From: Eledone cirrhosa
Lineage: Eukaryota
Direction: 5' to 3'
Length of the DNA: 64,000 nucleotides
Assembly (NCBI GenBank): GCA_964016885.1
Contig: OZ024742.1
Span: forward strand, 284,022,001 to 284,086,000
The notes below the pieces were generated by a model. That model made no database searches. It was not told the DNA's origin and saw only the letters and a program-made list of their open reading frames with translations. Made by a program: the position numbers and the translations under genes. Shown here piece by piece: positions 53,501-64,000 of this stretch (position 1 is its first letter; each line of letters begins with the position of its first letter).

Positions 53501-56500
53501 TATCCAAACCATGCCACTATAGAAGGCAGATGTATGATGATGATGATATACATACACACAAATATATTTATGCAATGTGTCACTCTTTCTCTCACACACA
53601 ACACAATTCTAAAAAATACAAATACACAAAAAAGTAAAGTCTAACAAGTAAAAGCTAGAATGAAACAATAAGATTATTGATAGAGAATGAAAAGCTAACT
53701 TACCCATTCTTTACTGACAAGCCAACAGCCCTGAGATAGAGCAAGCAAGACATTGAGTGTACGTCTAGGCATACCACAAATCACATGTGTTGTCGTAATC
53801 TTCACACAATCACTGATTACACATTCACCCAAAGTTTTAGCAACAGATTTCACCAATTCTTGATCTCTAGAAATATACCAAATCACAGACATCTGAGTTT
53901 TCAAACAGAAACAACAGGTAAATATTTTTACAAATATGAAGATTTATAATTATTGTTAGTGTTTAAGCCTTAAACTGTTGATTCCCACGTATATTTTACA
54001 CAGCTATAGTTGCTGTGCCGGGTTTCTTATCAGTAAAATGACTATTTTTTTAAACAAACATTTATTAACAACACATATCTGAATGATTGACAAACGTCAC
54101 ATCAATAAGCTAGTAATCCCATCTAGCTTTGATGTTATGAACTGTTGGAAAAGCGTTCATAACTTTCAAGTTATGAACTGTCGGAAAAGAGTTCAAACAT
54201 GTTGGTTAAGGAACACTAGGATTACATTCACTCCAGTACTTGACTTGTACTTATTTTATGAACACCAAAAGAACGAACGTCAAAATTGACTTCAGCCGGA
54301 TTTGAACTTTGTGGTAAATTGGCAGATTCATTTGAGTTTCTGACAAAATGCTTTGTGGCATTTGTTACAGCTATCTACGTTTTGAGTTGAAACCCCACAA
54401 AGGCCAACTTTACCCTTCATTCTTCCAAGGTCAATAAAATAAAGTACCCATCAAATACTGGTGTCGATTTAATCAACATTCCCTCCTCACAAATTCCTGA
54501 CCATGTGCCAAAATTAATAACAAGGAGCTGGAACTGATACCAGACATTTTGTCTGATACGCTAAGAATTATGCCACTATCATTAAAATATCCAAGGAACC
54601 TCCTATGAGATCCAACCTCATAGAAGGCAAGTTAAAGCTATATAGGTCTAAACTAACAACAAATAGAGTGTTGACAGGACTGGGGATTCTATCATTAAAA
54701 TACCCAAGAAACCTTGTAGGAGACCAGCTAAAGCTATATCTGTGTAAGCTGTAACAACAACTGAATAGCAATAGAGAATATCTAAATACTTACAAGGTAG
54801 ACATACTGGTCATCACCAAATATATTTTGATAGGCTGTAGGTGCCGTGAAACTGGAGACATATTACTTGAACTGCTTCGTTTCCTCCGCTTGAATCTGGG
54901 TGTAACAGTTTGGTCATCTGAGGTGAAAGTTTGTGACAGACTCAAGAAAGAGGAAGATGTCTGTTGTGATCTTACAACTTGTTTCTCTTTCTCAACTTCC
55001 TTCGGTTTCTGTCTCATCTCCCAAGCTTTACTCATTTGAGAGTTGTCAACACTTGCTCTGCTGTGACAAGTCAACAGGTCAGGCTGGCTGCTTGAGTTCA
55101 GTGACTCTGAGTCACCATTTACCAACACTTCCTCCTGTTTTACAGTGAAACTAGTTATGTTAGTACCAGCTCCATCGGTTATATGGCATGGAATGTTAGC
55201 GCTTGATAAACTGGTCAGTACAGGTGTGTCATGGTCTTCCTCGCAAATACCAAGGACATGCATTGTCTCTCTTTTAGCAAATTTCTGTTTATAAATCTTT
55301 GTTGGGTGTGTGTACTCAGCGAAACGTAAGTCACAGTGACTCAATATTAATGGACTAGTTGGATTCTTAACAGGACTTTTACTGAAAATATTACCATTCT
55401 TGAAGACTGCATGTCCCACATCAACAATGCCACACTCCTCAGGAACATCACTAACATCTGTACAGAAATTTTTTGCAGATTTAACATCCACTGTTGAAGA
55501 AATAATTGACTTGTTTATTGACAACTTCATTGGTGATGGTGAATCCAGACAAGATTTTTCATTGTTCATATTTTGATCTTGTTGCAGCAGTTTATTCACT
55601 GCTGCTTTAGGGGAGATCTGTTTCATGTCATTGAAAATCTCATGTTGACTTGTTGGAGAAATTAGATTAGGCATCTCGGTGGTGATACTAGAAACTTGGT
55701 TATTAATAGAGTTTGAAGCCGGGCAGTCCTGCTGATTGGATGCATCAAAACTAAATGGTTTACTACTCTCGATCTTCTGAATTTCCTTTTCTTCAGAAGG
55801 GCTGCTGTTCTCTACATCAGAACCATCACCTACAAAGAATAAAAGACATTTTTTTGTATTTTTTTTGTATTGACTTCAAGAGGATTTGAAACAGAGTAGA
55901 GAGTTGGAACAAATACCATAAAGGATTTAATATGATGCTCTACTGACTCTGCCAGTTCTCCTACTTTGAAGGAAGAGCAGAGCTAATTTTAAGGGACAAT
56001 GTTTTACTTACTGAAGAGTAGTTTCTGGAAGGAACGATTTGAAACAGGTGTGTTATCTGAAAGAAATCATAATGTCAAAACTTTTGAGTTACAACACAGT
56101 CAACACAAAGGATTGGCTGAAGACATACACACATATATATATATACATTTGTGTGTGTGTGTGTGTATATATGTCATCATCATGGTTTTTACATGTTTTT
56201 CTGTGATGGCATGGGAAGGATGGACAAGATATCTTTTTAGGCAAAATTCTAGGAAAGCATGGAATAAGTTGATGTAAAGATGATGATAATGATGAAGAAT
56301 ATATATAATAATTGTTTCTACTTTAGGCACAAGGCCAGCAATTACCCAGTGCATTACTGGTACTTTATTTTATCAACCCCGTAAGGGTGAAAAGTAAAGT
56401 CAACCTCGGCGGGATTTGAACTCAGATCGTAAAGGGATGTAACTATGCTGGAAAGCATGGCGTTCGACCCTCTACCGATACTGCCAATCCATAATAATAA

Positions 56501-59500
56501 TAATAAGTGGAAACAAAATATCATTTTAGCATCTTGTACATATTTTATTCACACTCCATTGAGTGTTTAAACTGGTGAGCCATCAGTAACTGAATGTTAC
56601 ACACCAAGCAACTATATCATCATCACCGTTTTACGTCCATTCTTCCACGCTAGCATGGGTTAGATGGGTTGTCCTGTTGTGGGCAATAGCCGGTCGGCGG
56701 ACCATGTCTTGCGCATACAGGAACTGATTTTGGCTTGATTTCTACAGTTGGATGCCCTTCCTAACACCAACCTCATTTACAGTGAGTGCTGGGTGCTTTT
56801 TTTTCCGTGGCGCCTACACGTCCACTTTACAGTGTGGGCTGGGTGCTTTTTTGCCATGGCACCTCCACGACCACTTTGTAGTGGGAGGGGATGGGGGCAT
56901 ATTGTCTATATGCCTCAGCTTCGGCTTGTACCCGTGGGGGGGTCTTCTGTATTACTGCGTGACGCCAGGTGTAATTGGGTAAGGTCGGCTTTTATCACCT
57001 CATCCCAGGTCTTCTTGGGTCTCCCCACTCCGCAACTTCCATCGACTTCTAGTGCTTCCTGCACACAGCATTTGATTCCTCTTATGCTCAGTCTCTCTCT
57101 CAATTCGTTTATGCTTTGCCATTCGCGTATATTACTACTATTACACATCCATCGGAGCATGCAGGCTTCGTTTCTTTCTAATCTACGCAAGTCTTCTACA
57201 AACAGCACCCAGGTCTCACTACCATGTAACATTGCTGTTCGTATACACGCATCATACAGTCTGCTCTCCATTTTGAGGGAAAAGCCTTTTGCAGCTAGCA
57301 GTGGCTCCCTGAACTTCTATCTCGCTCTTACCCTAGTTATTGTACTTTCCGAACAACCACCTCCGCTACTAATTCGGTCACCTAGGTAGCAGAAGCTGTC
57401 TACTGTTTTTACAGAGCCCTCCCAGAGTTTGGTGGTGCTTGTTTCCTGTGGCTGTTTGCTGCTTGCTGTCCCAGGACAGCTGCTACATGTGAAGCCTACG
57501 TTCTTAGTTAAGCTTCCTGAGATCCCACTACATCTCTTGTGTACCCATTGTTTGCATTTGGGGCAGAGGATGGAGTTCCTACCTACACCTTTCCTACATA
57601 CTGAGCAAGGCCATTTCCCTGGGGGGATCTGGGTTCTGTTTTCTTGTCTACTTACAAGGACCTTAGTCTTTGTCAGGTTGACTTTGAGACCCTTTCTTTC
57701 TAGTCCCTGCTTCCATGTTTGGAATTTCTTCTCTAGTTCTACCATAGATTCTGCTATAAGTGCGAGGTCATCTACATACAGGAGTTCCCATGGGCATCCG
57801 GTCTTAAACTCCTCCGTTATTGCCTGCAAAACTATGATGAACAGGGGAGGGCTAAGAACAGATCCCTGGTGGACACCGACCTGTATGCTAAATTCCTCAC
57901 TATAGTCATTGCTAATCCTAACTTTGCTGACTGCTCCCCTATACATGGCTTGTACAGCTTTCACAAGCCATTCATCTACTCCTAGTTTTCTAAGAGCACA
58001 CCAGATTATAGCATGGGGGAACTCTGTCAAAAGCTTTCTCCAGAACAACGAATGCCAGGTAGAGCCACTTACTTTTAGCTAGGTACTTTTCCTGTAGCTG
58101 CCTCACAAGGAAGAGGGCATCAGTGGTGCCTTTTCCTGGCACAAACCCAAATTGCATCTCATCTAGTTTCACCCAGTCCCTAATCAACTGTACTATAACT
58201 CTTTCTCTTACTTTCATGACCTGGTCCATCAGCTTTATACCTCTATAGTTTCCTCTATCTAGTGCATCACCTTTACCCTTGTAGCAGTTGACAATGATGC
58301 TGCTGCACCAATCCTTTGGTATGACACCTTCTAGTATTACCTGGTTAACAATACATGTGGTTATGGTGTGACCTACCGACCCAGATGCCTTCAGCATCTC
58401 GGCAGCTATATCCGATGGACCGGTAAAAAAAAAAATCAGCACCAAAGAACAGGGTAAAAAAAGGGTAAAGACCCCTTAGGTCACAAATGACTATGGATTT
58501 TGCACCTAAAAAGTTTCCTTTCCAAGGCACAAGTCCAGGCAAGGTTGTTTGTGGAAGACAAGCGGCCACCCATGCATACCAGTTTCCCCTTTCCATGCCA
58601 CGGTGTTGTCCAAAGGAGAGACAAAGTCCAATACAGCTTGATACCAGTGATGTCACAATTCATTTCTACAGTTGAGTGAACTGGAGCAACGTGATATAAA
58701 GTGTTTTGCTCAAGAACACACACAAAGCCCAGTCCTGCAATCAAACTCACAACCTCACCCAACCCTACAACCACTAAGCCATGAGCCTTCAATAATAGTA
58801 TATTAGGATAACAATTAAAGAGAATGAATATAAATGCCTTAACGTTTCAGGTCCTGGTCCTTCATTGAAAAAGAAAACACAGAAAGAGGATTTTTTTTTA
58901 GAGAAAGATAGATGGAAAAAAAAAGAGAAAGAAAAAGATGTGTGGTTATATGACAAGCTGTAAACAATCGAACTAAAACCCCATTGTGTCATACATATAA
59001 AAATATAAAATATAATATATACATTAGCTATATGTGTACATGTATATCCAGAAAGCTATGAAGAAGAAAAGATACATACCATAGCCTCTGCTGTATTCAA
59101 GGAGTTTCTCCTTCATACTGGGGGGTGTAGTTAAACGGGGTACATGGCATGTGAACTGAAAAAAAAAAAAAGTATTGCTTTCAAGTTAATGACCATCGTT
59201 TTTCCTCAGTTTATCATGGTGACATAATCATGTCTTACTCATACGTTCTATTTCTTCTGAATTTAAATTCTACTATGGAAGAAAAAGGATTATAATTAAA
59301 TGCCTCTTACTCTGCTGAATCTGCCATTTCACTGCTTCAGCAAGGGTGAGAAAAGTTACCAAACAACATGGTTATAGTTGGAGAGTTTTAAGGCCTCTGT
59401 ATGTTTGTGTAACCATGGATCTGCACTTGTAAAGTTCCTTTGCAAGGTGCAGGTTTAAGCAAGGTTTCTTTTTGTGGAAGACTGGCAGTCACCCATGGAT

Positions 59501-62500
59501 ACAAGCTTCCCTCCTTCATTCCACTGATGTTCTTCCACAGGAAAAGCAAGTAGCAATACAACTTGGCACCAATGATTTCCCAAAGAAACTCAGAACACAA
59601 AAAACTGAAAAAAATATAAGGCATCCCATATGACACTATCAATTCCACAAACTGAACTGGTGTTTTCTCAACCCTGAAAGAATGAAAGATAAAGTTGACT
59701 GTGACAGGATTTGAATTACTCTTGTGTCCTTTTAACTCTTTAGAAAGTAGTCCAACCCATTGTCTTTAAAAAAAAAACTGTTTAAAAAAATGCAGGTGTG
59801 AAATAAAAAGAAATGGTCAAAGGTATTTATGCTTACATCAGAGACAGGCGTGTAGAAAACATCAATGGGACTAGAATTTTGTTGGTCAGACGTTTGGTGT
59901 AAATGTTTCTTCCTTCGACGACGACAACGCTGGGAGCTGTCTTCAAAATCCTCATTCAAATTCTTTGGTTGCATTGATCGAAATCTCTGCAATATATACA
60001 TATATATATATGTATGTATGTGTATGTATGTATGTATCTCATGGTTGGATCGTTGGCGACTAAACTGGCAACCCCACCAAGGTTTCTTGGTGAGGAGGGT
60101 GACTTTGGACATCCTGCAGGACTAAAAACAAAACCTGTCAAAGGGCAAAGGAGCTCTTAAGAGTCAATGGCCATCCAAAATCACCGGGAGAGATGACCCC
60201 TTAGCCTTTGTTAAGGCAGAATTCTAGAAGGAAAACTCTGATATAACACCTGCAACCCTGATGGTATCCAATGATGTTGACTTGTTCTTCTTTTTGGTAA
60301 ATATCATCTTGGTTAAGAGAGTGGGACTGGCTTTGTGCAGTGCCTTTGCTCACTATAAAAGCTTCACGGCACAGGCATTGCTTTACATCTGGAGATCTCT
60401 CTGCACTTGTCATCACATGGTACCATGGGCCCAGCACTATTTGTCAATAATTGTCACAAGTGTAGTGTTTGTACCAGAGTTTTCAAGTCGTTGGCTGGAC
60501 TAAAAAGTCACACTCGTTCAGCCCATCGGTAGGGGTTCTCCTACATGGATGTAAAACTAGTGGCCGTACTCGAAAACGAGTTGGCAGCCACCATGTATGT
60601 ATGTATGTATGTGTGTGTGCGTGTGTGTGCACACCTCTCTTCCAATTTCTGACATGCAGTGTTAATTGAAATGAAAACAAGAGTTCATCATTATCATTTA
60701 ACATCAATTTTCCATATTTGCATGGGTTAGACAAGTTGTCAGGTTATGATACTTGACCAGTTAGATGATCACATCTTACTCATAAGTTCCATTTAGGGCT
60801 TAGTTTCTACATTTGGATCCACATCATAAGACTAACCACATTATAGCACATATTTTATCATAGCACAAACAGCGACTTTTCAGAGTGGACTGGGTGTGTT
60901 TTATTGAGGCACCAACACGACCACTTTACAGAATGAACTGGGTATGTTTTATTGAGGCACCAACATGACCACTTTACAGAGTGGACTGGTTGTATTTTAT
61001 TGAGTCACCATCACGATCACTTTACAGAGTGGACTGGGTGTATTTTGTGGCAGCCAAAATATGCAAAGTTAGTTTACCTGGGCTTGTTTCTTGGGAAATA
61101 TACTAATGACCTCTGCTTCAGTGACACTACGAGGAGTATTAACAGTAAAGGCTCCTTCATCTACATGTTGTAGACTTCTTTTGCAGCTGACACAAAGAAA
61201 CAATATGTGAACATGTGAAAGCAAGTCAAACATTTACAAGCTGAATTTTATAAAGGTTTTCCAATATACTAATATAGACAACTGCACTGTACATATCCCC
61301 ACATAAAAATTCATCATGCATACTTATAATCATGCAAACATCAGTAAAGTATCATAGACATGTACATCCATGTATACACATATACACACTTAACATATAC
61401 ACAAGTAATCCCACCAACAACAGTAAACAAACACACATACATACAGCTGCACTATACATATGTACTCACATAAATACACATCATATACACAAGAACAAAT
61501 AGTGATGGATCCTCCATTAGTTTTAATAATGAAAACTCAGTAGCACAATAAACAGAATATCTGACTTATGAATGAATGTGTAAGTGGTATCCCACAGACA
61601 CATGTACCTATAACATTATTCTTATGCACAATCAGCATGACACACTATGACAAGACTGGACCATTGAATTACAGGTACAATCCACCTAAAGGACTTTGTT
61701 TCCATGTACTCAATTTCACTCACAAGGCCCACGTCAACCCAAAGCTATGGTAAAGACTCTTGCCCAAGATGCTATGCAATAGGATTGAACCCAGAACTTC
61801 ATGATTGAGAGACAAAATTCTGAACCACTCAGTCGTGTCTGTATCCACTTGTTCAATCAATGAAGCAACCTGCTCATAAAATTACTGTGTAAATGTACCC
61901 TTAACATAATTCTCAACCATTTAAACCGGTCAGAATTCTCTCACCTCTTTCTGTTCAAACTAGCCATAACTAACCACTCATACTGATGTTAAGGTATTAT
62001 TCTCAAAATAAATAATATCAAAATCTCATCAATTCGATATTATGTGAGATATGTGAGATAAAGCCTTTACCACAAAATACAATAGTATATCATCATTATC
62101 ATCATCACCGTTTTACGTCCGTTCTTCCACGCTAGCATGGGTTAGGCGGGTTGTCCTGTTGTGGGCAGTGCCAAGTCGGGTGACCTTGTCTTGCTCATAC
62201 AGAAACTGATTTGGCTTGATTTCTACAGCTGGATGCCCTTCCTAACACCAACCTCATTTACAGTGGGGGCTGGGGGCTTTTTTGTCGTGACACCTCCACG
62301 ACCACTTTGCAGTGGGAGGGGATGGGGCATATTGTCTATATGCTTCAGCATCGGCTTGTTCCCGTGTGAAGTCGGATCTTCTGTATTAGAATAATGTAAA
62401 TGCTAAAGGGTTAACATAATTCTCAAGGAGATTCATTGTGACAAAGCTGGCCCTTTAAAATACAGGGACACTCCTTCCAACAGGCTTCCAAAAAGTTTCT

Positions 62501-63015
62501 ACCTCCCTAATTTCACTCACAAAACATGGTTCAACCTAAAACTATTGCAGAAACACTTTGATTGAATGCAATGCAAAATTCTGAACCACTCAGTCATACC
62601 TGCGCACATTCGATGGACCTCTATCAGTTTCGATGACAGAACAGTCTGCTCATGAAGTTGATGTGTAAGTTGTTAGCATGTGTATCCTTAACATAATTCT
62701 TTGGGTGATTCAGTGTGACAGAGCGTGACATGACTGGCCCTATAAATTACAGGTACAGTCCATCCACTCAGTCATGCCTGTATCCACTCACCTATCTCAG
62801 AGTAACTCACCTGTCCACCCACAAAACAGACACCAGAGGAATACCAAGCTTCTTGGCACGATTCCATGTCCGTTTGGTTCCATCTTTGAATACAACATGG
62901 GTGACATTTGTATTCAGTTTGAATGAGATGTGAGCACCAAGCTTCTCTAATTCTACAGCAATCCCTTGGCTGCGATTCTCACATTTGGACCTCACCTCCA
63001 CATAAGCCACCACTT
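26667..63015 (-). CDS. MCPH1: Microcephalin (BRIT1), spliced; 10 coding exons found, first exon not located
   Basis: Exons 63015-62811, 61186-61078, 59986-59837, 59155-59080, 55829-54794, 53866-53704, 50458-50381, 50204-50073, 30147-30060 and 26746-26667 are GT-AG with consistent phases (~705 aa). N-BRCT VVAYVEV...VTHVVFKDG...LVSVLWV, then RSMQPK, a Ser-rich middle, and tandem C-terminal BRCTs ([25 protein letters not shown]; [10 protein letters not shown]...WIFDSI). Confidence 0.93.
27070..29185 (+). mobile_element. Chapaev3-type (CMC superfamily) DNA transposon with both TIRs
   Basis: Termini CACCATGTAACA (27070) and TGTTACACGGTG (29185) match 11/12 as an inverted repeat, with CAC...GTG ends. 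TAA precedes the left end; the right flank AAT is not an exact TSD. Confidence 0.8.
27411..28919 (+). pseudogene. Chapaev3-like transposase, disrupted
   Basis: One frame reads WAPHYCCEH*...[17 protein letters not shown]...SRMK*WNL...[17 protein letters not shown]...[12 protein letters not shown]...[11 protein letters not shown]. In-frame stops at 27438 and 27855; the N-terminus is missing. Confidence 0.85.
29190..29848 (+). mobile_element. Internally deleted (bipartite) RTE-derived element
   Basis: RTE-like 5' UTR and EN fragment ([14 protein letters not shown]...ILQVYTPT) are fused directly to the ORF C-terminus (GRPQKTWR...[15 protein letters not shown]) and a CTAAGA-repeat tail. Confidence 0.7.
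30060..30147 (-). CDS. MCPH1: MCPH1 exon, second half of BRCT3
   Basis: [29 protein letters not shown]; acacag acceptor, G|gtaagt donor. Confidence 0.88.
30194..30760. repeat. ~20-22 bp minisatellite (ACATGTATTATACACACATGCT)
   Basis: About 25 diverging tandem copies; these explain the repetitive ORFs 30194-30912. Confidence 0.95.
31000..31750 (-). mobile_element. Decayed RTE LINE fragment
   Basis: ORF 31254-31535 ([15 protein letters not shown]...[17 protein letters not shown]) is the same family as 42400-42750. Confidence 0.8.
34480..35436. repeat. Near-perfect 213-bp inverted repeat with ~530-bp spacer
   Basis: 34480-34692 is the reverse complement of 35224-35436 with only about 2 mismatches seen. 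Confidence 0.92.
35098..35185. mobile_element. 88-bp hAT-like MITE
   Basis: TIR CAGGGCTGCGGAG...CTCCGCAGCTCTG; 8-bp flanks GTATTATA and TTATTATA (7/8 match). Confidence 0.7.
35650..36595. repeat. Compound minisatellite GTATGAGATTT(G)(TA)n
   Basis: More than 30 tandem units with variable TA length. Confidence 0.95.
36776..37200 (-). mobile_element. RTE LINE 3' end (3' UTR and tail)
   Basis: Reverse-complement match to 43970-44500 including the (CAT)n tail. Confidence 0.8.
37243..37348. repeat. Nested GC-rich palindrome
   Basis: Outer arms ATAGGAACGAGTAGGACCCCGAC / GTCGGGGTCCTACTCGTTCCTAT, with an inner CGACGGCTAATTCTG / CAGAATTAGCCGTCG pair. Confidence 0.85.
37553..38482 (+). repeat. 140-bp tandem repeat (~6.6 copies) within an RTE 3' UTR
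   Basis: AACACGGTAA recurs at 37561, 37701, 37841, 37981, 38121, 38261 and 38401. Units are near-identical, and the RTE tail follows to ~38588. Confidence 0.95.
38827..39018. repeat. ~190-bp near-perfect palindrome
   Basis: Arms of ~90 bp (TATCAAAAGGAAAATCCGAAAGC...GAAGCCAT / ATGGCTTC...CGGATTTTCATTTTGATA), loop of <=8 nt, few mismatches. Confidence 0.92.
40515..44498 (+). mobile_element. Near full-length RTE-clade LINE (APE endonuclease, RT with PHD insertion), inactivated by stops and frameshifts
   Basis: EN: [36 protein letters not shown]: [31 protein letters not shown], CxxC...CxxCxxWVHxxC...CxxC, FRYLG. (GAT)n tail. 5' boundary approximate. Confidence 0.92.
44526..45927 (-). mobile_element. 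5'-truncated RTE copy, tail-to-tail with the 40515-44498 copy
   Basis: ORF 44904-45758 is highly similar to the + copy (PHD, thumb, C-terminus). Truncated at SPLLFII (~45927). Confidence 0.92.
46010..49503 (+). mobile_element. Second near full-length, decayed RTE LINE (related subfamily, also with PHD)
   Basis: EN ([15 protein letters not shown]), RT ([17 protein letters not shown]), KWPCSICRK...[12 protein letters not shown], (GAT)n tail; many frameshifts. Confidence 0.88.
50073..50204 (-). CDS. MCPH1: MCPH1 exon, first half of BRCT3
   Basis: IYREQK...[11 protein letters not shown]...[16 protein letters not shown]; 132 bp, gtgagt donor. Confidence 0.9.
50381..50458 (-). CDS. MCPH1: MCPH1 exon ([26 protein letters not shown])
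   Basis: 78 bp; G.W..E..FE motif at the end of BRCT2. Confidence 0.9.
50495..50960 (+). mobile_element. Decayed RTE 3' fragment
   Basis: [16 protein letters not shown]...[13 protein letters not shown] in degenerate frames. Confidence 0.75.
51520..53440 (+). mobile_element. Decayed RTE LINE of a different family (EN to pre-RT)
   Basis: [35 protein letters not shown]; [10 protein letters not shown]; [10 protein letters not shown]; [14 protein letters not shown]. Confidence 0.82.
53704..53866 (-). CDS. MCPH1: MCPH1 exon, BRCT2
   Basis: [13 protein letters not shown]...[30 protein letters not shown], 163 bp. Confidence 0.93.
54794..55829 (-). CDS. MCPH1: MCPH1 large central exon (Ser-rich linker to the start of BRCT2)
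   Basis: 1036-bp open exon containing ORF 54790-55674 and ending YLVMTSMST; phase 1 to 2. Confidence 0.88.
56617..58423 (-). mobile_element. 5'-truncated RTE LINE (RT, PHD, 3' UTR)
   Basis: ORFs 57990-58445, 57317-58048 and 56915-57271; (CAT)n tail at ~56617. Confidence 0.9.
59080..59155 (-). CDS. MCPH1: MCPH1 exon ([25 protein letters not shown])
   Basis: poly-T plus cag acceptor, G|gtatgt donor, phase 0 to 1. Confidence 0.8.
59837..59986 (-). CDS. MCPH1: MCPH1 exon (RFRSMQPK...PVSD)
   Basis: Conserved MQPK motif, basic NLS-like RRRRKK, 150 bp. Confidence 0.88.
60036..60612 (+). mobile_element. Short RTE-derived non-autonomous element in a (TATG)n tract
   Basis: A 5'-UTR-like segment is joined to a C-terminal C2H2-like remnant ([19 protein letters not shown], ~60460-60516); (TATG)n lies on both sides. 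Confidence 0.55.
61078..61186 (-). CDS. MCPH1: MCPH1 exon ([14 protein letters not shown]...KKQAQ)
   Basis: End of BRCT1 (C...HVDE..F); phase 2 to 0. Confidence 0.88.
61915..62414. mobile_element. piggyBac-type MITE (copy 4), interrupted by an RTE 3' end at ~62090-62390
   Basis: Same body as copy 2 with the right TIR plus TTAA intact. The inserted segment matches the 3' end of the 56617-58423 RTE. Confidence 0.7.
62811..63015 (-). CDS. MCPH1: MCPH1 exon, BRCT1
   Basis: [16 protein letters not shown]...LVSVLWVD; tttatag acceptor, gtgagt donor. Confidence 0.93.
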
Positions 63016-64000
63016 CTATAAAAAAGAACAGCAGAAAAATGGTAAAAATAATGTGTGTGTGTGTGTACATGTACCACATATACTGCCATTCATAGACACC
63101 TAACTCTTGATGAAGCCATAGGAGCACTGTCTTGACATTTTAAACCTGGTTGAGGCCACCCTTCCCGAGGTCTGCAGATTTCTTCCAAAAAGAGAGAAAT
63201 CGAGAAAAAAAATCATCACCACTGTTTACCACCTAGTTTTCATGCTTGCAGGCGTTAGACAGCTGTTTCATGTTGAGGCCAGACTGGTCAAGCGACTAGG
63301 TCCTGCTCATATGCTTTTTTGGCTTGGTTTCTAAGGTTGGATGCCCTTCCTAAGACCAACCACTTTGTAACATATACTGTGAGCATGGTTTCTATGACTT
63401 GATACTCTTCCTAACACCAACCACCTTACAGAGTGTACTGGGAGCATTTTATTGTGACTCTGACACTGCCACATTACAGGGTGGAGTGGGTGCTTTTGTA
63501 GTGGCACCAGCACTATTTCATAACAGCACTATGTTACTCAGTCAACATGGTCGTGCTGGGAGAGAGGATACCAGCCTTGCATTGCTGGAGGAGGAGGGTC
63601 ATGGTGGTGCCCAGTTTCCCTTGGTGACCTAAAAGCAGGCATGTGGTTAGAGGGGGGTGTCTGACAAGCTTTCTTAGATTGGAAAAATGTTGGGGGTATA
63701 AAAGTTTAGCAGGGAAGTTGAATCACTCAGGTTTTCTCCTAGATTTCCTTGCTAACATGGGTTGGGTGAAGAAATCAGTAGTATATTGGCAAATAAGGAC
63801 CTGAGATTTGTTCCATCTCTCTGCTTCTTTGGGTTTAGGTTGGAGAAGGGAATCAGGAGCATGCTGGCAGGGATTTCAGGAGTATACTGGTGGGCAGAGA
63901 TGTAGGAAAGCTAGTTCTACCTATGACAGAATATTGCCAGTTTTCTCGGTCCTGAGTGATCTCCTTTGCGAGGTTCAGCTGCATGAGATAGCCCTCATCA

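Overview
AT-rich, intron-rich animal genomic DNA with many microsatellites and transposons. The SINE/RTE-LINE repertoire with (GAT)n/(CAT)n tails looks like an octopod cephalopod; this is an inference. I assembled two convergent spliced genes by hand from GT-AG sites and reading-phase continuity. (1) A + strand gene (about 15 coding exons, ~3290 to >=19798) encodes an uncharacterised protein with a kinase-like catalytic core (YEDMAPWN...IDYD), a possible degenerate methyltransferase-like N-terminal part and a Cys-rich tail. (2) A - strand microcephalin gene (MCPH1; 10 coding exons, 63015 to 26667, first exon not located) has three BRCT domains and ends in SPEY-stop, which resembles the gamma-H2AX SQEY ligand of its own tandem BRCT. 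Introns and intergenic DNA hold a Gypsy 3' end, CRE and CR1-like fragments, several decayed RTE LINEs with a PHD finger inside the RT, a Chapaev3-type DNA transposon with TIRs, piggyBac/hAT/Tigger MITEs, Helitron ends, SINEs and minisatellites. The 20-kb MCPH1 intron also has a dense cluster of inverted repeats and palindromes.
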